31,599 bases of DNA, from NCBI GenBank assembly GCA_038318935.1, contig JBBQCR010000001.1:1-31599 (forward strand), given 5' to 3'. This stretch comes from Phycisphaerales bacterium. GTDB lineage: Bacteria; Planctomycetota; Phycisphaerae; Phycisphaerales; SM1A02. The notes beneath the pieces were generated by a model, which was given only the letters and a program-made list of their open reading frames with translations, ran no database searches and had not been told where the DNA came from. Positions 27,291 to 31,599 of this stretch are shown in pieces. The number at the start of each line of letters is the position of its first letter. Positions within the stretch are counted from its first letter, which is position 1. Position numbers and translations under genes: made by a program.

Positions 27291-27392
27291 CCGTCGACGG
27301 AAGAACCGGAAGCTCACCGCACAGCGGTGTCCTCCAATTCCGTCGACGCCAGCTTCACGAGTAGACCGGCTTTCGTTTCTCGATCCTTTGCC

Positions 27393-27428
27393 TGATCGTG
27401 ATGATCATGAAGATCATGATGATCATGC
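27393..27428. repeat. Four imperfect 9-bp tandem units with a GATC core
   Basis: tgatcgtga tgatcatga agatcatga tgatcatgc. Confidence 0.85.
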
Positions 27429-27481
27429 GCAGCAGGCGGATCGAAACGAAGGCCGAGCGCCTCGCCGTGACACATGCCATG

Positions 27482-27752
27482 GACGCGGTGACGCGTCATG
27501 GCTGGGCCACGGGTCGACCGAACGAACGGTCCGCGAGGACCGCCGAGCGAGCGACGAAACGGGCTGCGAGGTCGGTGGGTGCGAGGTCGGTCATGACCAC
27601 AAACCACAGGTCCGACGACACGGACAGCAGGCTTTCTGGACGTCTCCCCCTCCCGGTGAGGAGGAAACTCCAGACCGGGCAGTGTACTGGGACGTGGGGA
27701 GAAGCGTCAACGCGCGGATTGTGAAGGCTTCGTCCAATCGACGAGTTGACGC
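27482..27752 (+). ncRNA. Candidate structured RNA of unknown family (GNRA-capped hairpins)
   Basis: Hairpins gacgcg-GTGA-cgcgtc, cggtcc-GCGA-ggaccg and cccggt-ga-ggag-GAAA-ctcc-ag-accggg, plus an 8-bp stem at 27704-27752. It matched no family I could recall. Confidence 0.25.
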
Positions 27753-27775
27753 CCGACGTTCGCGTCGTGCGGCGC

Positions 27776-28795
27776 TCAGAACCGGTCGTCCGCTGTGACT
27801 GTCCGGGCGATGCGGAGGGCCCGGGATCCGCGGTGCTGGCCGATGTGGGCGAAGAACTTCGGGCGACCCTCGACGCTGAGAACCACCGGATCGGTGGCGT
27901 TCTTGCCGGTCAGGATCAGGTCCCCCACGTCGAGTTGGAGGAGGTCCGCAAGAGTCATCGAAGTCTCGGCCAGCGTCGCCTCGAGTTGCATCTTGGCCCC
28001 GCCAAGCTCTTTAGCAAGCCGCTGTCCGAACTTGTCGGAATCTTCCTGGCGACCGGGCATGGCCCAGGTCTGGGCGCTCAGGCGCTCCATGATCGGTTCA
28101 ATGGTGTTGTACGGAATGCACAGTTGCATCGTCCCCGCCCGGTTCCCCAAGCGGACCTCAAAGAGGATCCCGACCACCACCTCGTTGGGGGGGACAATTT
28201 GCATCAACTGTGGATTCGATTCCATATCGCCGAGCTGGAACTCGATCGGCAGGACGTTCGACCACGCCTCGCTCAGCACTTGCATCGCCCGGTTCAGGAT
28301 CTTCTGGATCAGCCGCTGCTCGATCTGGGTGACCGGTCGCTGCGGGATGAAGAGGTCTTTGCCGCTGCCTCCGAGCAGGCGATCAATGATTGGATAGATG
28401 GCGAGCGGGCTCAGTTCGAGGCAAAACGCCCCGGTGAGCGGCGGACCCTTCACAAGATTGAAGGAAGTCGGATTGGGGAGCGTCGCCGCAAACTCGGCGT
28501 AGCTCATCTGCGAGGCACTGACCACCCGGACGTCGACGATCGCCCGCAGGAAGCCAGAGGCCGCCGCGCCGAAGTTGCGGGCAAAGGTTTCGTGCATCGT
28601 CTGGAGCGTTCGCATCTGCTCCTTGCTAATGCGCTCCGGACGCTTGAAGTCGTAGTCCTTGATTTCCACCTTCGCGTTCTCCCGCAACGACTGGGAAAAC
28701 ATCTGGACCGGCGTGTCGTCCTCTTCCAACGTTCCGTTTCCGACCGCTTTGAGCAGGGCGTCGATGTCCGCTTGGTTGAGAACGTCGTTTGGCAT
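27776..28795 (-). CDS. fliM: Flagellar motor switch protein FliM
   Basis: MPNDVLNQADIDALL CheY-binding N-terminus, YDFKRPERISKEQMRTL, IIDRLLGG, ESNPQLMQIV, LCIPY, C-terminal SpoA domain (LDVGDLI, IGQHRG). The real start is ATG 28795; the track ORF is over-extended to 29620. Confidence 0.95.
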   Translation of the reverse strand: MPNDVLNQADIDALLKAVGNGTLEEDDTPVQMFSQSLRENAKVEIKDYDFKRPERISKEQMRTLQTMHETFARNFGAAASGFLRAIVDVRVVSASQMSYAEFAATLPNPTSFNLVKGPPLTGAFCLELSPLAIYPIIDRLLGGSGKDLFIPQRPVTQIEQRLIQKILNRAMQVLSEAWSNVLPIEFQLGDMESNPQLMQIVPPNEVVVGILFEVRLGNRAGTMQLCIPYNTIEPIMERLSAQTWAMPGRQEDSDKFGQRLAKELGGAKMQLEATLAETSMTLADLLQLDVGDLILTGKNATDPVVLSVEGRPKFFAHIGQHRGSRALRIARTVTADDRF

Positions 28796-28836
28796 GATGG
28801 TGAAAGGACGAGGCTCGGGCGCCGGGTCGTGGACCG

Positions 28837-28859
28837 CCCTCAGCGGAACCCTCAGCGGA
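28837..28859. repeat. 12-bp-period duplication (ccctcagcgga x2) in the fliM/dsbD divergent intergenic region
   Basis: ccctcagcggaa ccctcagcgga. In addition, gaggctcgggcg occurs at 28810 and 28886. Confidence 0.75.
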
Positions 28860-29044
28860 TATCGGAAGCTTGGCTCGCTCGGCTTGAGGCTCGGGCGGGG
28901 ATCCGTCAGGTATCCGCATCGCCCTCGACAACCCCCGCCACCCAGCCGATCTTTCCAACTGACCGCCTTCAAGCCCGGAGTACAGTGACGAACTGGTTTG
29001 CTTCGGGCGCTCCCCCGCCCGCCCGTCTCGAAAAGGTCTCCTCG

Positions 29045-31105
29045 ATGATGCGTCACTCGTTTGGCCGGCTGTGCTCGCTCTTCCGAACTCCTCCCGCCGC
29101 CCTGTGCGCCCTCGTGCTGGCGCTTGTCGCTGGGCTGATCGGGACCGCAGAGCCTGCTCAGGCGCAGGTGAAGACTCCGACGGGCATCCCGTCCTTTCGC
29201 CCGCAGGCCGCGCCCGCGAGTCAGTTCGGCGACTCGCGCGACGAAGTGACCCCAAGTCTCCTGGTCTCGAGGACCCAGGTCCGTCCGGGAGACGACTTCG
29301 TCATCGCGGTGGTCTTCGACATCAACCACGGCTGGCATCTCTGGCCGCAGAAGGGTGCGGCAGCACCGAAGGGGGCGCAGAACGTCGCCGAATTCGATGG
29401 CGCTATTTACACCACGCTCACTCCGACGGCCGTCGAGGGCATCGCCATCAACGCCGGCTTTACCCAGTGGCCGGAGACCCACGCGATTCAAGCGGATCTT
29501 GGAAGCGGACCAGGCACGTACGCAGTCTTTGAAGGTCTGACGAAAGTCTTCCTTCCCGCCACAGTCAGCGCCGACGCGAAGCCGGGGCCACGCACGATCA
29601 CCGTGCAACTGGGATTTCAAACCTGCGACAGCTCGACCTGCATGGCCCCGGTCGACATGACGCTGACCGCGAACATCGAAGTCGTCGCACCGGGCACGGC
29701 GACAACCGCCTCCTCGACCGATCCCGCCTTCGCGAGCTTTGATCCCTCGGTGTTCAACGCCATCCGCAGTGGCGCGGTCGCGCCTGAGCTCGTCTCCTTC
29801 GATGTCGTCGGCTACAAGTTCAACATCAACGCCCGAGGTTGGGGATTTGCGTTGCTCTTACTCGTGGCGGCCATCGGCGGTGCGCTCCTCAACTTCACAC
29901 CGTGCGTCCTGCCGGTGATTCCGCTCAAGATCATGGGCCTCGCCAACGCCGCCGGTTCGCGTGGCCGGACCTTCATGCTGGGCTTCGTAATGTCGCTGGG
30001 TGTCGTGGCATTCTGGGCCGGACTCGGCATCGCCGTGACGAGCATCACCGGCTTCACCAGCACCAACCAGCTCTTTCAGAATCCGTGGGTCACGATCGGT
30101 ATCGGCGCGGTGATCGGCGTCATGGCCATCGGCATGATGGGATTCTTCGCCGTCGGTCTGCCGCAATGGATCTACGCGGTCAATCCGAAGCACGATTCGC
30201 TCCCCGGGTCCTTCGGCTTTGGGATCATGACGGCGATTCTCTCAACCCCTTGCACCGCGCCTCTGATGGGCGCAGCGATCGCGTGGGCCACTACCCAAGA
30301 CAAGGCAACAGTCCTCATCGTCTTCGCTTCCGTGGGTGCGGGCATGGCAGCGCCCTACCTCATTCTCTCGGCGTTCCCGGCCCTTTTGAAGAACATGCCC
30401 CGGACCGGACCGGCGAGTGAACTCATCAAGCAGGTGATGGGACTCTTGCTTCTGGCCGCCGGGGCCTACTTCATCGGCGCAGGACTCAGCGGGCTCCTTC
30501 GCGAGGAAGCAGACCCGCCGACCCGCGTGTACTGGTACGCGGTCGCGGCGATCGGCACGATCGCTGGCCTCGTCCTCTTTGTCCGCACGCTCCAGATCAC
30601 CCGGAGCAGCGGACGCCGAGCAATCTTCGGCGGCATCGGTTTGGCCGTCGCCGCCATCAGTGTCTTCATCGGCCACGAGCAGACCACGAAAGGTCCGATC
30701 GCCTGGACCTACTACACGACCGCTCGACTCGACGACGCCATGAAGCGCGGCGATGTGGTGGTGATGGAGTTCACCGCCGAGTGGTGCCTCAACTGCAAGT
30801 TGCTTGAGACTGGCGTACTGCACACCGAAGCGGTCGCCTCGGCCCTGAACGCCAAGGGCGTCACACCGATCAAGGTCGATCTCACCGGCAACGCCGAAGC
30901 GGGCAACAAGCGCCTGAAGGAATCCGGAAGCATCACCATTCCGTGGCTGGCCGTCTATGCCCCCGATGGCCGCCAAGTTTTCAAGAGTGAACTCTATACG
31001 CCGCAACAAGTGCTCGATGCGATTGCCGCCGCTCGAGGTGCAGTGAAGTCGACCGCATCAACTGCTACCTCGCAACCTGCCAACGACGGACGACGCGGCT
31101 CATGA
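29045..31105 (+). CDS. dsbD: Thiol:disulfide interchange protein DsbD/ScsB-like (N-terminal Ig-like, transmembrane and thioredoxin domains)
   Basis: Signal peptide ending AQA; QTCDSSTCMAP; LLNFTPCVLP and LSTPCTAP transmembrane cysteines; FTAEWCLNC. Start ATG 29045 or 29048; the track ORF is over-extended to 27746. Confidence 0.9.
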   Translation: MMRHSFGRLCSLFRTPPAALCALVLALVAGLIGTAEPAQAQVKTPTGIPSFRPQAAPASQFGDSRDEVTPSLLVSRTQVRPGDDFVIAVVFDINHGWHLWPQKGAAAPKGAQNVAEFDGAIYTTLTPTAVEGIAINAGFTQWPETHAIQADLGSGPGTYAVFEGLTKVFLPATVSADAKPGPRTITVQLGFQTCDSSTCMAPVDMTLTANIEVVAPGTATTASSTDPAFASFDPSVFNAIRSGAVAPELVSFDVVGYKFNINARGWGFALLLLVAAIGGALLNFTPCVLPVIPLKIMGLANAAGSRGRTFMLGFVMSLGVVAFWAGLGIAVTSITGFTSTNQLFQNPWVTIGIGAVIGVMAIGMMGFFAVGLPQWIYAVNPKHDSLPGSFGFGIMTAILSTPCTAPLMGAAIAWATTQDKATVLIVFASVGAGMAAPYLILSAFPALLKNMPRTGPASELIKQVMGLLLLAAGAYFIGAGLSGLLREEADPPTRVYWYAVAAIGTIAGLVLFVRTLQITRSSGRRAIFGGIGLAVAAISVFIGHEQTTKGPIAWTYYTTARLDDAMKRGDVVVMEFTAEWCLNCKLLETGVLHTEAVASALNAKGVTPIKVDLTGNAEAGNKRLKESGSITIPWLAVYAPDGRQVFKSELYTPQQVLDAIAAARGAVKSTASTATSQPANDGRRGS

Positions 31106-31422
31106 CGCAGTTCCTCTATACGGTGACCGCGACATTCGTCGATGGGCACGTGGCCGACGAGTGGGTCGCTTGGTTACGCGACGGCCATCTTGCGGATGTC
31201 CTCCGCGGCGGAGCCCTCGACGCGACGGTCGTGCGGCTCGATGGTGATCCGCTGACGCTCGAAGTCCACTATCACTTCGCCTCACGCGAGAGTTTCGCAA
31301 CCTACGAGCGCGACGCCGCGCCAGCGTTGCGTGCCGAAGGCATGGCCAAGTTCCCGCCGTCGCGCGGCGTGAGCTATCGAAGATCGTTTGGTGAGATTGT
31401 TGTGACGCGGTTGAGCGGCTGA
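31102..31422 (+). CDS. DUF4286-like small protein (dimeric alpha-beta barrel type)
   Basis: LYTVT, EWVAWLRDGHLADVL, YHFASRESFATYE...APALRAEG. ATGA overlap with dsbD. Confidence 0.7.
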   Translation: MTQFLYTVTATFVDGHVADEWVAWLRDGHLADVLRGGALDATVVRLDGDPLTLEVHYHFASRESFATYERDAAPALRAEGMAKFPPSRGVSYRRSFGEIVVTRLSG

Positions 31423-31424
31423 CG

Positions 31425-31598
31425 CTATCGCGCCTGCCGCGGCGCCTGCAGCGGCCAACGAGGTGGCAGCGTCATCTCGCCTCGCTCGGCCCGTGCAGCA
31501 CTGGCGATGCGTTCGTCAATCACCGCCCGCTGCTTCGGGGTGAGCTGGGCCAGCGGATCGAGTTGAAGATCGGCGTCGAGTTCGAGCGCTCGTTTCCA
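31425..31598 (-). CDS. C-terminal 57 aa of an unidentified protein entering from beyond the window
   Basis: The minus frame is open from 31598 (WKRALELDADLQLDPLAQLTPKQRAVIDERIA...) to TAG at 31427-31425, convergent on the DUF4286-like gene. Confidence 0.5.
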   Translation of the reverse strand, partial: WKRALELDADLQLDPLAQLTPKQRAVIDERIASAARAERGEMTLPPRWPLQAPRQAR

Positions 31599-31599
31599 G

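Noticed and set aside
27099-27775. tRNA (metY-like), SRP RNA, RNase P RNA, tmRNA or hammerhead ribozyme in the spacer
   Set aside because: I found no TTCRAATCC arm, no CAGG-GNRA-AGCA helix, no GAGGAAAGTCC, no tmRNA termini and no CTGATGA core on either strand.
27746-29620. Very long ORFs 27746-31105 (+) and 27776-29620 (-) overlapping head-to-head
   Set aside because: They are the real dsbD (from 29045) and fliM (from 28795) extended through in-register antisense frames. Stop-poor antisense frames are expected at this GC content, and the extensions have no recognisable motifs.

Overview
A GC-rich bacterial window, probably from a flagellated planctomycete (Phycisphaerae-like). That assignment is inferred from protein style and gene order, not from a search. 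The left half (1-15756) is a glycan biosynthesis and tailoring island in three transcription units. The first (+) holds an NDP-sugar C-methyltransferase, an RmlC-type epimerase, an NAD-dependent epimerase/reductase, a second C-methyltransferase, a CmcI-type O-methyltransferase and a GT2. The second (-) holds a radical SAM/SPASM protein, a Rossmann+methyltransferase fusion, a Maf-like/CgeB-like glycosyltransferase and a GT4. The third (+) holds two PhyH-type Fe(II)/2OG dioxygenases, a TylF-type O-methyltransferase and an aldo-keto reductase. The right half is a minus-strand core run (fliM, 677-bp structured spacer, nusA, infB, rbfA, endonuclease III-like/H1-tail protein, TPR protein, yebC), followed by divergent dsbD and a DUF4286-like gene, and the 3' end of a convergent gene. 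The best leads are: a degenerate MshEN-like module on a dioxygenase; the heavily methylating and oxidising glycan island with a Maf-like GT; an Nth-fold protein with a histone-H1-like tail inside the translation operon; and a repeat-rich, hairpin-rich region upstream of nusA where rimP would normally sit. No tRNA, rRNA, CRISPR array or mobile element was recognised. All family assignments come from motifs read by eye; no database searches were run.
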